Shown piece by piece: positions 25,461 through 40,300 of a stretch of DNA of 64,000 nucleotides. Source of the stretch: Glaucostegus cemiculus (Eukaryota); contig CDPCPM010000106.1 of the NCBI GenBank assembly GCA_976551045.1, forward strand, positions 25,916,001 through 25,980,000, read 5' to 3'. The position numbers and the translations under genes were made by a program. A model generated the notes under the pieces. It saw only the letters and a program-made list of their open reading frames with translations, did not search any database and had not been told where the DNA came from. Numbering within the stretch: the stretch's first letter is position 1; each line of letters opens with the position of its first letter.

Positions 25461-28304
25461 ATAGTGAATATGACTTAATACTTGAAATTAATGAGTTTCT
25501 GCTGTTCCAGTAATTTGTATAATATGCTCAAGTGGAAGGATAGACTAAGGGTTGGTGTTCCCAGCTCGTTGCATTGAGTACTTTTAACCACAACTCTGCC
25601 CACAATGTCATACCTACCAATTTCTAAATGCGCTATGAGCTCATTTACCTTATTTCATATACTGCGGGCATTCAAATATAACACCTTCAGTTCTGTACTC
25701 GCCACCCTCTTCTCAAATTTGTCTCCATGCTGCCTGAAGTTAAATTCTTATTCCTTTCTAAACTTTGTCTTATTCTTTATTCTGAAAACCTTAGTAACCT
25801 TTCTTGCACTCTCCTTCCCTTTTACTTTATCCTTTTCCAATCTGTTGAACCCACCCCCCTATCATTTAGTTTGCATCTGCAGTATTTGGTCTGCCAATCT
25901 GCAGTTAAGTTATGGACATGGGATCTGGCCATGTTAGAAGAGAATGTGGAATGTTTTAGCTATTGTGACATAACCAAATGTTTTGGATCTTCACAAGGAG
26001 AAGCAGGTTGCCACCTTAGTGGAATTGTGTTTAGTACATTTGTTAATGGTAAAGTAATAAATCTCAGTATTGATCAGTATTTTTCTGGTGTTTATTTCCA
26101 AAGGGATAGTGTGGTTTGCTCCCAGTTTTTTTCTTGCTCTTTGATCTTGCCTGCTAACTATCATTTCCCAAAGCTATCTTGCCCATGTTTCTTTCAAAAA
26201 TACCCTTGTCTTCACTTCTGCCCTTGATGAGCTGTTCCCCACCATCCCTATTCACTCTTGCAAACTGAGCTACTCTTTCAATATTGCCTTTACACTAATT
26301 GCCAAGAATTCTATGACAAATATCACTTCAGCCACATGTCCCTTTGGGCATTGCAACCCCTCCTCTGTTCCCTCCAGCCCCTTAATTGGTGTTCCAGCCC
26401 TATTTGCTTCAAGCACCATTCTTCATTAGTATATTCCTGGTAGACTTAATTCAGCTGGTATGCCTCAAAGACTAGTCCCACAATCTTTAACCAATGTTAA
26501 AGATTTCAAGTCAAAATACAAACACTGGTTCAATACACCGATCAATTAACAAACATCTAATGCATAAATTATAGCACTCTGACAAAGGACCCATTTGACC
26601 TGGCAGGTGTCCATGTGTTGAACACAATCTCTGTTAAACTTTTTACCAAAATTCAGATTATCTTTTCAAATAACTGAAATTAGTTGCAACCCCTGGAGGG
26701 AAAATTTAATGTATAGTCTGAATTTTAAAATGTTAATAAACTTCAGATGATGATTGCTAGCTATGGGGACAAGTGAACTGAATCAGCACTCCTATTACTT
26801 ATGTCAGTCCCATTTATGGCACATAAGTGCCCTGAGAGAATCTAGACGATTCAAATTTATCAGGAAAGGGAGAGAAAAAACTAGATTGGGAATGGCAGGC
26901 ACAGCAGTTTACTCCTCTAGTAGTCATGCCTGTCCTTTGTGTTAATTGAAACTGCATTCATTAATGGATCTTGAAGAGTAACCAGTGCTAATGTGAAATT
27001 GTATTCCAGTTTAGATTAAAACTGGATCCAATCAGTTGAAAGGTTTGGAGCTGGAAGTTCCATGTAGCACAATTCGTGAGCTGTGAGAGAGAATTTAATC
27101 TTGTGTATAAATTATGCAGTTTTGAAAATGTTCCAATTCTGTGTATGATATATTTGGAGGTTGCCAGCTTGTGCGGTGATGACAAACAGCGTGCAGCAGA
27201 TACATTGATGTCATTTGCACAAAATCAAGATTTGCAACTGAAGCCCATGAATGGCAATGGACATTTGCACCAATGCAGATCTTGGCTGGAGAATTGGGGC
27301 CTGCTTTAGCATTTGAGTAATAAGGATCATGCTTGCTTGGTCAATGTGCCAATCTTCGAATAGGTAGGTGCTCTAAGAATTGTGCTTGCTGTTCACTTCC
27401 ACCCCAGCCCACTCTTCCCCACTGAAGAGTTGCATTTGTTCCAGTTATGTACTGATCTCTATATAGATAAGAGACTAGACTAATTCATTCAGTTGCAGAG
27501 TTTTAATAGCAAAACTTAAAACAATTAAATTCTATTTTGCCTTTTAACTCTGCTCTTGTAATTCACTTCTCTTCTTGACTACACTGAGAACTCCAGTATC
27601 ATTTTGCATCAATTCCACTTATGACTTGCACAATTTTTGAACTAAAAATAAGTCTGTTATCTAACTACAGTTTTTTGGAAGCCCATATATGGTAAACAAG
27701 CTGCACAAAATATTTGATGTTTTGTTTCTGGTGGTGTGATTCCTCAAATACTTCTATCCACTTAGGCTATCTATCACAATGAACAATGTTGCCCTTGTAA
27801 CTCTACAACAACAGTGTTGCTGTTGTCATATTCTAGTAGGCTATTTCCATGGCACTTTGCTTGACATTTGACAATGGGGTACACATTCACTATTGTGTTT
27901 ATGATTTATTTCACCCAGGTCATCTCAGATAGCTCTATCATTGGACACAAGCCAAGGGGTTTATCATGCAAATCCCTTAACAGATTTGTATTGCTCAAGA
28001 ATCACTAATCCATCTCGTTCTGACATACTGTGGACTAGCAACTCATACTTTGAAACAAAATAGGTGAATTTCTGCATTGGAATCTGAATTGATGGCAGTA
28101 TAGTCTGGCAAAAACAATCTCATTTGATGGCCCTAACAATATTAACAACAGTGATGGGCAACTCGCCCAAGTACAAGCAAGGTACCACTTATTTGGAGTA
28201 ACCTGTACATTAATTGGTAGTGCTATGATTTGCTGATTGTACTGAATACCTTTACTGTAAGCAAAATTAAGGCCCACATTTGCATTCATACTGAAGCTAC
28301 TATG

Positions 28305-28720
28305 GGAACATAGAACAGTACAGTACAGGAACAGGCCCTTCAGCCCACAATGTTGTACTGAACTAATTAAACTAGTAATCAAATTCTTAACTAAAGTAAA
28401 CCCTCCTGCTTGCACAAAGTCCATATTCCAGTATTCTCTGCACATTCATGTGCATATCTAAGAGCCTCTTAAACATCTCTATCATATTTGCCTCCAGTAC
28501 CAACCCTGGCAGTGCATTCTGGACACCCACCACTTTTTTTTAAAAAAGACATGAGAAACTTGCCCCACACATCTCCTTTGAATTTACCCCCCTCACCTTA
28601 AATACCTCTCCTCTAATTATAGATATTTTGACCTGTGGGTGGTGAGGGGGGGGTGGAATATACCAGCTGTTTGTCTATGTCTCTCATAATAAACTTCTTT
28701 CAGGTCTCCCCTCAGCCTTG
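28305..28720 (-). mobile_element. CR1 LINE 3' fragment
   Basis: CR1 3' UTR signature (gaacatagaacagtacagtacaggaacaggcccttcagcccac on +) next to degenerate ORF2 sequence. Confidence 0.75.
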
Positions 28721-30954
28721 ACTGGGTGGGCTAGGTTTGGGTGCTTCTTGTTTCTTCCTACATCCCAAAGACATGAGGGCTGATAGGTTAATTGACCGCT
28801 GTAAATTGTGTGTTGGTGAGTGGTAGAACCTGGGTGGAGTTGACATTAATGTGGGGAGAATAAAAATAACGATTGGGTGTAAATTGTTTCTGTGCTGTAT
28901 GACTCTGCCTATTCCAACAGGTGGACAGATTTTCAGGTATTAATGGACTTGAGTGATATGGAGTTAGTGCAGGAAAGTGATGCAGAGGTAAAAGATCAAC
29001 CACAATCTTGTTGAATGGCAGGGCAGAAATGAGAGGCTAAAGCTTCTATTTTTTTGCACGTGTTGACTTCTATGGCTTCTGAATTCTTGCTAACACTGCT
29101 TTGGTAGCAGTGCCTGTAAAGTTTAGTTTGATGTCCTTGTGCTCTGGAAAATATGAATCATAAGCAAATCCACCATTTGCTGATGTTCTTCACTGTGCAG
29201 TGATGATGATTCCACCTCCCAACGTTTCCCGTACTGCTGCTCTTGCAGCATGCCTCAGCAGGATGACCAGTGTTACATGTGTAGCATTCTTCCTTAAACA
29301 GGGAACAATTTTGGATGAAGTGCTGCACAAAGGCGTTCAATTGGCCTCCAATACCGCTAGCATTACCACTATATTTACCATCATCACCTCTGGTTTCCTG
29401 GAAACCATGACCACTTGGGACTGGGTGCTGCTTTAACTGCAGTATATTCAGTGTTACAGATGTTTGTTCTGGACAAGTCCCTCATTAGCCATATTCAAGA
29501 ACAATGCTGTTGATATGGCAAATCAAATGTCAAGTTGGGAATTGTTGACTATTTACTACAAATAAATTAATTCATCAACCCCCACTGCAAGCAGTCCCAC
29601 AATGTTCTCTCCCTAGGAATTTCCAAAACGGCAGCATGTGGAGAGCGCCACAATACATTCACATGTTGTCAGATTTCAAGTTGATTCCCCAACCTCAGAT
29701 AACTTCTAGCCGATCTCTAATTGCTCAGGATCATGATGTTGTTCCAACTTTTGTCAATATGTTTTTCACTGACATTGAGGTTTTATGAACCTCAGGCCCT
29801 GCTTCAGTTCAGGAGATTGTCCATTTTCTCCCTGATACGAATTACTGTGAAACTTCCATAAGGCTGTTTACAGTGGAAGAACTCTCCAATCTATTCATGG
29901 AATCCATAGTTCTACCCCTAATAGTGGTATCTTTTCAGGGGCTCATATTACACATTACTGTATATGTGTGCATGATTGCTGCCAAATTCAATCTGCTCTG
30001 AGCAGTAGTTTATCCCTCTTACCATACGATGGCACCATTTTACTAACTTCCACAGCAGAGCCAGGACAAGCAAGGCCCTTGTGTGACACCTCGGGCTGGT
30101 TCTATAGGCCTTGTGCACAACAGAATTTTGTTAGTGGGCCACCTGGTGCAAAACAAGTGTGACCTGCCTCTTCAGCACCAGGTTTACTGGGGAAATAGAC
30201 TGAAAAGAATTAAAAATGGAAGTAGAAACAAAGAAAGAGTAATGAAGGAGGAGAGAGAGAGAGATCAAATTCAATGAAAAGAAACTGGACAGGAAGCTAC
30301 TGATGCACTTCACTGTTTTCATGCTCTTCACTTCTGTTGAAGGTGACCATTACTCCCACTATTTTTGGAAAAATTACACTCAGGATCCTTAGGCACAACA
30401 GCTAGAAGATTTTTGGTTATCATTCCAAAGAGGAATACTGAATTAGAATATTGTAGAGATTTTGTGTTTAGAATTACTGTGCAGAAATATTTTTGACTGA
30501 TATTTAATCTAACACAATTCATATGAATATTATCAAGTATTATTCACTTCCCTATCCAATAAAATTCCTAACCCCACCACGCCTGCGGAGTGTAAAATAA
30601 GGTAGCTCACCAAGAGTAGGGAGAGGTAATCACACTGGACTGCCACCAGGTCTGGCTCAAGAGAACGTATCGGGATGCTGAGAAGCAAGTATCTTATTGG
30701 CTGAATGATGCACATCTTATTCCTGACAATAGGAGCTGCAAAATAAAAGGAAGAAATAGGAAATTAATCAAACAGTAGAAATCTTTCAGAAGATACTTGT
30801 ATTCAGATAGAAGAGCCTAAAAGCAATAGAAATTTCATCAAAGCAGTGGTGGTGTATATTAATATGAAGATATTCACAAAATAACAAACTCTGGATATCT
30901 GGAACTCTGAGGATATGAAGATGGACAAAATATTATTTGGTATAATTAACTCAA

Positions 30955-31330
30955 GGACAGTAGCAGCCAGCTTGATCACAGGCACAACCCTCCCCACCAT
31001 CGAGGACATTTTCAAGAGGGGGTGCCTCAAGAAGGTGACATCCATTACTAAAGACCCTCACCATCTAGGACATGCCCTCTTCTTGTTACTACGATCAGGG
31101 AGGGGGTACAGGAACCTGAAGACCCACACACAATGTTTCAGAAACAGCATCTTCCCCTCTGCCATCAGATTTCTGAATGATCCATGAACCCATAAACACT
31201 ATCTCATTATTTCTTTTTTATGCACTATTTACTTATCTTGTAATTTATAGTAATTTTATGTCTGCACTGTACCATGCCGCAAAACAACAAATTTCACATC
31301 ATAAGACTGATAATCTGATTCTGATTCTGA
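30955..31330 (+). mobile_element. Rex1/Babar-type LINE 3' fragment with (ATTCTG)n tail
   Basis: ITGTTLPTIEDIFKRGCLKKVTSITKDPHHLGHALFLLLRSGRGYRNLKTHTQCFRNSIFPSAIRFLN, ending aatctgattctgattctga. Confidence 0.85.
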
Positions 31331-33419
31331 AACGCTGAAAGGAATTGGTGAACACACATTTGTATGGGTTCTATTTGTACATGTGATGTTTCTCTTTGTC
31401 TCCCAATAGAATCTTGCAAAAATTTAATCTCTGTAGCTATGATTTTTTTTACTACATTCAGCTTCCATTCACAGACTTGAGAATCCAAACCAAACTCCAA
31501 AGGAAAAACTGCATTATCACAAGTACTGTCACTTGGATAAGATGAGAAGCTTACTTGACTGTTCATTTCCCTCCATAGATGCTGCCTGACCTGCTAAGTT
31601 CCTCCAGCATTTTGTGTGTATTGTTCCAGATTTCCAGCATCTGCAGAATCTATTGTGTTTCTGTTTACTCTTCTTCTCTTCTTATAGCAGATGTGCACAA
31701 TTTCAGAAAGAACAAAAAGCCAGTTACCCATGTTCATGGCAATGTTGTTCCCGCAACCTAAATTAATGTTAGCAGACAGGCTGATCAGTTGATTGCTGTG
31801 TGCAGGGACATTGTGCAAAATGGTTAACATATTTTCTATGTTGAAAGTAATGATACGAGACTTTTCTGAGAAACCTGATAAGAATTTCAAATTACATAAT
31901 GTTTTATTGTTCCCCCCACACAAATTAATCCTGTGAACAATGTAATTGCTTTCAGTTTTGTATATCTGCAGCATGGTACCATTGAGTTGGGTTTCAAAAA
32001 TGGGCTCTTTTTAAACAATTACAAACAAAGTGAAGGACGTGATTATTTGAAACCAATTGGTTGCGTTGTTATATATTGGAAGACAGTAATTTGTGAATTG
32101 TCATCTTAGAATAAATTTGTTATTTCAAAAATATGAACTAACAAGTGTTTCTCTGTGCCACATGATTTTTGGGAAAAAATTTAATGCTGAGAAACAAGAG
32201 CCTGATGTTTTGATTCAACTGCAGATGATCCAAAACCACCAAACTTTCATTTGAACCTTTCACAAATTTTATCCTTCTAAAATATGAAGAAATGCCAAAT
32301 TTACTGTCAAGGAAAAGATTTATTTTAAATATACTTAGAAGCTAATTGTTTATCTTGGAATGTGGGAAGGCTTTATTTATTGCCCTATCCGCAGTTGCCC
32401 TAGCAGAGGCCCATTGGTAGAGCAGTTGGTGGGCAGGCACACCTGTGATATTGCGGTGCTGTGATGACAACCGCATCACTTCAGTCACGGATGGCTCCAG
32501 CTATTTGAGTGGATTTGACTTGCGTTGATTTAACTTTTGTTCAGGTCTCTTGCTGCATTATTTAATCAAATGCAGCTTTGGTTGTAGTGGACAGCCTTAT
32601 ACACCTCATGCCATTTTGGCAATGTCTAAATCAAGGTTATAATGAAACAGGCATTGAAAAACAGGGGCAGGAGTAGGTCATTGAGCCCGTCACCATTCAA
32701 TATGACTATGGCCGATGCTGTAGCTCATTACCATTCATCCCACAATCCTTGATTGCTTTTCTGGAAATCCATCTATACCCTCCATCACTATATTCAACAA
32801 TTTGGCCTCCACAACTTTCTGGGCAGAGAATTCCACAAATTTACCATGCTCTATGGAAGTTCAACTGGGAAGAGAAGCAACCGATTTTCCTGTGCAGGAT
32901 TTCTGTGCTCCAGTATGATTACAGTCTGTGCTCATGGTCCTTGCTAGATCCCATTGACTTAACTGGTACATAATGTGACATGGATTGAATTGACAACTAT
33001 ACACGTGTATCTATGATAATGGGGACATTAGGGCAAGAAAAGGTAAGGTCATCATCCACTCTACTTCTGGCTGAAGATACTTGTTAACTCTTTAGACTGG
33101 TATCTTGTGTTCTTGGTGGGCTGTAACATGGTTGAGGATGATGGTGTTCTACATACTTTCAGATGGAGAATCTTTCATTTGTCTTTTTATTCTTTGTGTA
33201 AACTTTAGCCTTATCCATATAATTACTTTTAGATCTGTACCCTCCCATCCTGTCACAGTCTGCTTATCATCTCCCATACTACAGATATGTTTGCTCTGTA
33301 TCATGCCTTTGTCCACCAGCTCTCACATGCTGCAACCATGACACATTACCTGTCCTGCCATCACTAATTTAGTCTTGTCTCTACTCTGCTCTGCTCTGCT
33401 CTGCCACATCTTTACAACT

Positions 33420-34310
33420 TTGATCCTTTGCCTCCAGCACTTAATTTAAAATTTCAGTTAGGTGACTCATTAGACTAGTCCCAGACAGTTCAGAGGCAGA
33501 CTGACCCTCCCAGTGCAGCTGCCAACTTCACCCAGTACTGGTACTGATAACCATGTACTGGAATATGCCCCTAGTGCACCAGTCTTTGAGCCAGGCATTT
33601 ATTTTTCTGATCTTATCTGTCCCATACCGATTTGCACAGGGCCTAGATAGCAATCCAGAGAATTTAACCTTTTTGCTTCTGTTTGTTAATTTGTTGCTTG
33701 GCTTCTCATAGTGACCATCAAAAACTTCTTTCTTTATCCTGCTGATGTCATTGATTCCAACACATGCCATGACAACTGGATCCTGCCCCTCCTGCTCTAA
33801 GCTCCTCTCCAGCCCTGGCTCCAGGCAGGCAACTCAGCCGTCTGGACTCGGTGCTCTGTGCTGCAGAGAACCGTGCCAATACCTCTCACAAAGCTGTGGT
33901 CAGTTGGCTCACCCACCCTGCAGCTCCCACTCTCCTTCAAACAGTCTGAAAGAACCTCACACCCATAAGACCTTCGCAAAGGCTGAGGCTCCTGTACTCC
34001 TGCCCTCTGAGACCCCTTATCTGCCTCACTGGCAGTCACACTCCCCCATCATTGACCTCTGATCAAATCAGAAGATCTCATCTTAAGAGGAGTACAAAGC
34101 ATCCTGGCAACTTTCCCCAGTGTCAATACCTCCAGGTGTGTATGCGTGAGGAAATTGTGCTGCATGCATGTGGGCTCCCAGCTACCAGGGTAGATTTCTG
34201 AGCCAAAACTCTTCAAGCTGCAAGTGCTCACTGCAGATGTGTTTATTCTGGAAATCACTGGTGCCCAGGAGGTCCTACGTGCTATAGCAATGACACATCA
34301 CTTGTCCTAA
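33420..34310 (-). mobile_element. CR1 ORF1 (esterase-like) relic
   Basis: VGINDISRIKKEV...KKVKFSGLLSRPCAN...IRKINAWLKDWC is an SGNH-hydrolase-type CR1 ORF1. Confidence 0.7.
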
Positions 34311-37300
34311 CATCACTAATATCCGTTAACTGTTTAATCTCTTTATGCAATAAAGCATTCTGCTGAGATTCTACCATCACGGAAGCTGGTCTTCAATTTG
34401 ATTCACTTCATGTGACATCGAGGGAGCACTGGAAACAGCAAAGATTATGGGACCGGACAACATCGTAGCTGTAGCACTGAAGACCTGCACTGTAGAACTA
34501 ACAGTGTCCCTGGCCAAGCTGTTCCAATATATTTACAACACAGATGACCAGGATAAAACCACTCCGGTGGTTGGAGTCAGAACTCTCACAAAGGAAGATG
34601 GTTGTGGATGTTAGCGGTCAATCGTTCCAGTCCCAGGATATCACTGAAGAAGTTCCTCGTGGCTACTTGACAGCACTTCCCAAATCCATGACCCTGACCA
34701 CAAGAAAGTTGAGGGTACCAGGTGTATGGGAGCTCCGCCACCTGCCTGTTCCCCTCCAGCTTTCCACCATCCTGACCTGGAAATATAGTGTCATTCCTTC
34801 AGTGCGTATAAATCCTGAAGCTCCTGGTGGAGTCCCTCCACCAGAAGGAAAACGGAAGCTTAAGGAAGTGGCTCACCACTGACTTCTCAAAAGCATCAAG
34901 GATGAACAATAATTGCTAACCTTGCTAGTGACACCCAGATTCTGAAAAATGAATAAGTAAAACATTTAAATTAATACATTTTCCTCTTTACAAATTTTTG
35001 CTAACTTACTAGCAGTCCTGGACTACCTTAAACCTTAGATGTAGAATAGATCTTTGCCACCTACTCAATTTCTATCTCCAACTCCCAGCACTCTGTTGAA
35101 AGCTGTACTCAACTGTACTGATGGCTTTTAAAGTTGAAGTTTGTCAGGAAATACTCACCAGCTACTCACCAATCAGCCACTGGTCTTGCACCAATGTCAC
35201 GCCTTTTGAACTGGTACCAATGTTGATTTTCTCGAACTACCCCACCTCACCGAAGCCCCCTCACTCACTTTTACACACCCACTGCTGAATCATCTGACCA
35301 ATTGACGGGCAATGGGCTTCCAAATTACCATGTTCCCCTGGGATTACTGTCACCATCCAACTTCTACTCTCCATTATTCCGCAGGTAAAGTTTACCTTCC
35401 CAAATATAAGTGTAAACTATTTATCTAAGCCCTTCTGTTGGTGATAAAGTTCTTACCTTTATTGACCATTCAGATCTTAGCACATCTTTAAAGATGTCAC
35501 CACTATAATTTACAAAATTGTTCCTATTATTCTTACTCTAGTCCTGCAGAATCTAAAACTGAATGCAGGGGATGGATTGGCATCATGATCAGCACAGACA
35601 TTGTGGGCCAAAGGGCCTGTTCCTGTGCTGTACTGTTCTATACTCTATGAATGTAACACGATTCCTTTCCTTATGGTGAGATCCCTCACAGTAGAGAACT
35701 GTATTCCCCTATCCAGATTCTAATTGAAAGTTGGCAGTGACGTTTTTTTTGGGGTTCACTGCATAGCTGGCAACTGATGAAGGAGGGTGAGAATTTCACA
35801 AGGTGGGGGACAGCATAGTTTTTTAAGTTCCTGACATCATTCGGAAACAATAAAGTCATTTTCCAATGCACAGGTGTTGCACCATCACTCTATAAATGAC
35901 AACCGATTTACTGAAATTCTAACTGTACAAGAAACTTCACACTTTTGGCTATGATTAATCCTGTTAGAATCCTCATTGTTGTGATAATGAAATTGCTGCC
36001 AGTATATAGAGCACAATCTCCTGAAAGCAAAGAAAAATCCATGTGGCTTAAAATGATGCCAAGTAGGAAACAGTGGTATACTTTCTGCAAGTCTGCATTG
36101 TCAGTTGGAAGTCTTACCAACCGTGAGCAGAAATTGTGCCCCAGAATCAATTCTTAAAAAAAACATTGTGAGTGGTGTAGGCCTGTTTCAGTGGCCTTGA
36201 AAAATTTACATATTTAATTAAAAGTTGCAAAACACAAGAAAGGTGATAAACACAAAGCTGCTTTTAGGTTTGAAAAAAACAAAAATGATCAAAATGAAAA
36301 TGCAGCTGTTAGAGATTAGGATACCTTTCCAACTGTAGTACCAATGTATACATAAAGCTAGATCCCTCGAATTCTGCAACACCTCAGAGCAAATCTCTAG
36401 AGCAATTAAACCAATTTCTACATCACAGAATAAAAACAGGGGATATTGTAGAACAGAAGGTCATTTGGCCCAAGTGCTCACATTGAACCTTTGAGTGAGC
36501 TCTCCAATTCAGCAAGGAAAAGTAAACTCTATAGCAAAGGACCAAGTGAGTTGTATCACTGCATCTTGAGAAACATGTAACAGCAGGAATCATTTTAGAT
36601 TCAACTTTAACATTATCGTCTTTAAGGATGAGAAGGTGCAATACAGAATGGTGCATGCATGGAAGCAAAGACTCGTGACAGCAGCAAAACATGTTAAGAT
36701 AGCCTTAACTCATCTATCAATTGCTGGTCAGTTACTTGCCTGTTCCCCACCAGCTTATAGTCAATTAATCAACTGGGGGGGTCAACTGGCCATCCCGAAA
36801 CCAAAGAAGCATGGGAGGTGCTGGTATTTGGGGGGATTCAGGATCTTCTGCATAACTTTCTGTTGTGTCATAGCTCTTGTTCTTTTTCACAACAGCTGAG
36901 AAAATTTTCAAAACTTATAAAGGAAATCCAACCACACCTTAAACCCAAATGTATATTTAAACTTGATGATTAGCAAACCCGCAATTCCTGTAGCTGAGAC
37001 CTTTGATGCAGACATTGCTAAAGGCAACCAGCTGTACACTTGAAGGTGCAGTCACTTGTCAAATGCCTTTATATTTATTAACTTGCTGAACACAACTTGT
37101 TCAGAGTGAAACAAGTTACAAATGCTCTTTTATTTTTCTGAAAAGCTACAAATTCTCTGAGGACAGAAATCCAAGTGCCCTGGGATCACAGTTAACCCTG
37201 CTGTGCATACGTTTATAAGGAACACGGTGAAACTAATAAAATTGAGAAAAAGATCATTTAAAGTATTCTAATCGCTCTCAAGGGGCTGGCATACTTGCTT

Positions 37301-40300
37301 GGTTCAGATTAGGGGCAGCATTACTACAAATTGCCTGTTGTGAGAATGCTTTTTTCCGACACTTCCAAAAATTAGAACTACGTGATTTTCCAACAAAGTC
37401 ACATGGAAAGAAAGGAACTGACAAAGATTTTGAAGAACTTTCTACTTACAGACAATATAACAATAATTGGAAAAAATATAATTGGGGAAGGAGTGAACAG
37501 GACTTTTAACAAACTGAACTAAAATTTCATTTATAAAGCAGTGCAAAATACATTGTATATTAGATACACATTATTAATTAATGCACTTATTTTACAAATC
37601 CCTGGTTAAGATGTTGAATAAGTTAATTTTGTAGCAATGTATTACAGGTTCGAATAATGTTATTATAGAGCAAGAGGACTCTGGATGTTTTGGCTATTCT
37701 TGCCAAACATATCTTTACTAATTTTACTTTTGGAAGTCACTGAGAAGTTACTGAAGAAACTGAGTGCATAAACCAATGACAATAATAAACCAGTACCAAT
37801 ACTGAGAGTATGCTGAGACTCCAATAACTCCAGTTAAACTTTGGGTGTAGAAAACACACCAGCATCATGTACACCCAAATCCAATTCAAATGCTAAAAAA
37901 AGTTCTCTCTTAAATGTGTTGATTCACATTGGTTTACAGTTTCACACATGTCTGCAGTCAGTTCTCTGTTATATGAGCCAACTGCCCTTTCTTCACAATG
38001 TAAGTTTTGGCAGCGCATATCAGCAGGTTGCTCACTGCGGTTGTTTAGCAGAGCCAAGAATACTTCTGCTCTCCACTCTTATACACTCCCATATACATGC
38101 CACTAGACTAGGAAACCTAGCTGGGATTTTATTTTCAATCTTGTTAAGGCCACGTATTTAAGGGCAACAAAACAACTTAGCACAAACCAGAGATCAAACC
38201 TGGGACCTTGCAGTCTGCATGCACGAATGCTTCCTTACATTAGCATATGCCTGCTACATTTGGATTACTTAGCTGGAGAGCTTCTCAAACAGACTCTCCA
38301 CAATCTGCTTCTGATAGCCATCTGTGCATAAACAGTGATGTGCCATGAAATGCAGCAAATTGGTTGCTTGCTCTTAAAGACACATTTCCAAATTTACATG
38401 GAGCAGCCTATTAATGTGACTTCTTTCCTCACACGGATTGGAATTTATAGAGTGAATGAGTTCTGTGAGCCTTGGTCTTCCTGCCCCATAATTCTCTATT
38501 CCTAATAATTTTAGCCTTGATGCTTATATCTCAATAGATCTAGGTGGGTACAATTCTCTTTTGTCAGAGAAAAAGACGGGAAACAAAATAAATATCTATA
38601 TTGTTATGTTTTAATAATACCTTCAGGCACAACCCCCAGGGTGGAAATCAACACCCGCCCCCACCATTGTTATGATGGCTGCTGTTTGATGTCAGAGGAA
38701 CAGAACATCCAGTAGCAACTCCTGTAATCGTGGTGTTGTGGGCATCCGCTGGCTGCCTCTCCGCTCCCCTCCAACCTCCTCATTTGATGGTCATTTGCGA
38801 CCCAGTGCAGGTGAAGACCTCTGTATCTGGAACCCCTAAATTCTGCTCGAGAAGGGAATGGGAGTCACTGTGATTTTATTTTCCCTCAACAATGTCCTCA
38901 TTAGCTGCTTCCTGTTATGTAATTCCACAAACATCACTTACTCTCTGGCATCTTACTGAAAGAATCTCTGGACTATGTGATAATAACCTGTCGGGACACA
39001 GGAGGTATGGCACCAACCTGCAATCTTGTCCTCTCATAGTATCCTGAGCCGCCGTTGGGTTAGACCAGAGAGCTGTCAGGAGCATCAAACATCCCAATGT
39101 AAATATGCCAGAACTGTTTCTAGGATCTCTAGTGGTACAGATAACTCAACACAGATTGAGAACTGAAACCTTGACCATGCATGATCTGTTTGGGTCAGCT
39201 ACTCATTATCTAAACCTGCTCTTCCACTTGAGGAATTGCATCTTAAAGAGGAAGTACCACTTTACAAATAAGGTTGAGGTGTATAACACAGTTTTGTGTT
39301 TAATTCCATGCATAAAAATGAGTTTCTTGTTTGGACTTGCAATTGGTTTCTTGGACTTTTAATTAATTTCTTGGTTAGCCTTTAAATAAAATTTATGAAA
39401 AATTATAAATACAGGAAGAATATCAGCCACCAATATACATTTAAAACAAATACAGAATCTAAAGGGTGGATTAAACATTCAGAATGGAATACCCCAGGCA
39501 ATAATGTATCTTTATCTTTCAGGAGCTTTCTGATTCACTTTATTCTTGCACTGTTTGTTTTTGAGAAATGGGATTGTATAGGAAAACAATCTCCACTGGG
39601 GATTGTATAAGACAGCTATTTAATAAATTATGTATATCACATTTCTGTGAAAAGGGAAATTGTTGCAGCCCTGGAGCATTACCCCTAATGTAAAATTTTA
39701 AGCCAGTTTTGTTTTCCCCCTCCCTGTGACAAGATTATCCCACTTTGGTCATACTTCAGCACAGGTTTAACAAGTAACAATACAAAAATGTAGCATCTTG
39801 GCACAGTAATAATATACTTTTTCGCAAGTGCATTACTCTTATTGTTCATTTTAGTCTTCAGTTTGATGGAAGAATGAATTGCATACTTAACTTTCAAGTT
39901 AAAAAAGGCTATTATTTAAGCGCTGTGTTTTAATGGTATATATTTTTCATTTTGAGTGAATAATTAAGCAATGTGATCCCGCTCAAGATCATTGTTTACA
40001 ACTCAGAATAATAACCTGGCAACAGTAGTACAGTAATTACAAGGAGGAAGCAGGGTAACTGTCACTGTTGAAATTCTGATAAACACACTTAGTCAAAGTA
40101 GATGAAAGTATTCTGTTACCATGTCTAATTTTTCTTTTATTACAGATATGACTGGCAATTGCAAAGGTTACTACAAGCAGCCCAGGCTGTAAGGGTGTGA
40201 AAACTCCTTTCCTCTACACAGACCAAGAAGTGCTGAATTAGAAGTGGCTGCAACAGCACAGAGAGATAACGCTTGTGAACAAGGCGAGGAGTTCTAGACA

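Noticed and set aside
32461-32520. GTGATGA as the C box of a C/D snoRNA
   Set aside because: There is no suitably placed CTGA D box or terminal stem.
40146-40188. Isolated + strand AG/GT-bounded block (YDWQLQRLLQAAQA)
   Set aside because: It is a single short block with no partner exons on that strand, as expected by chance.
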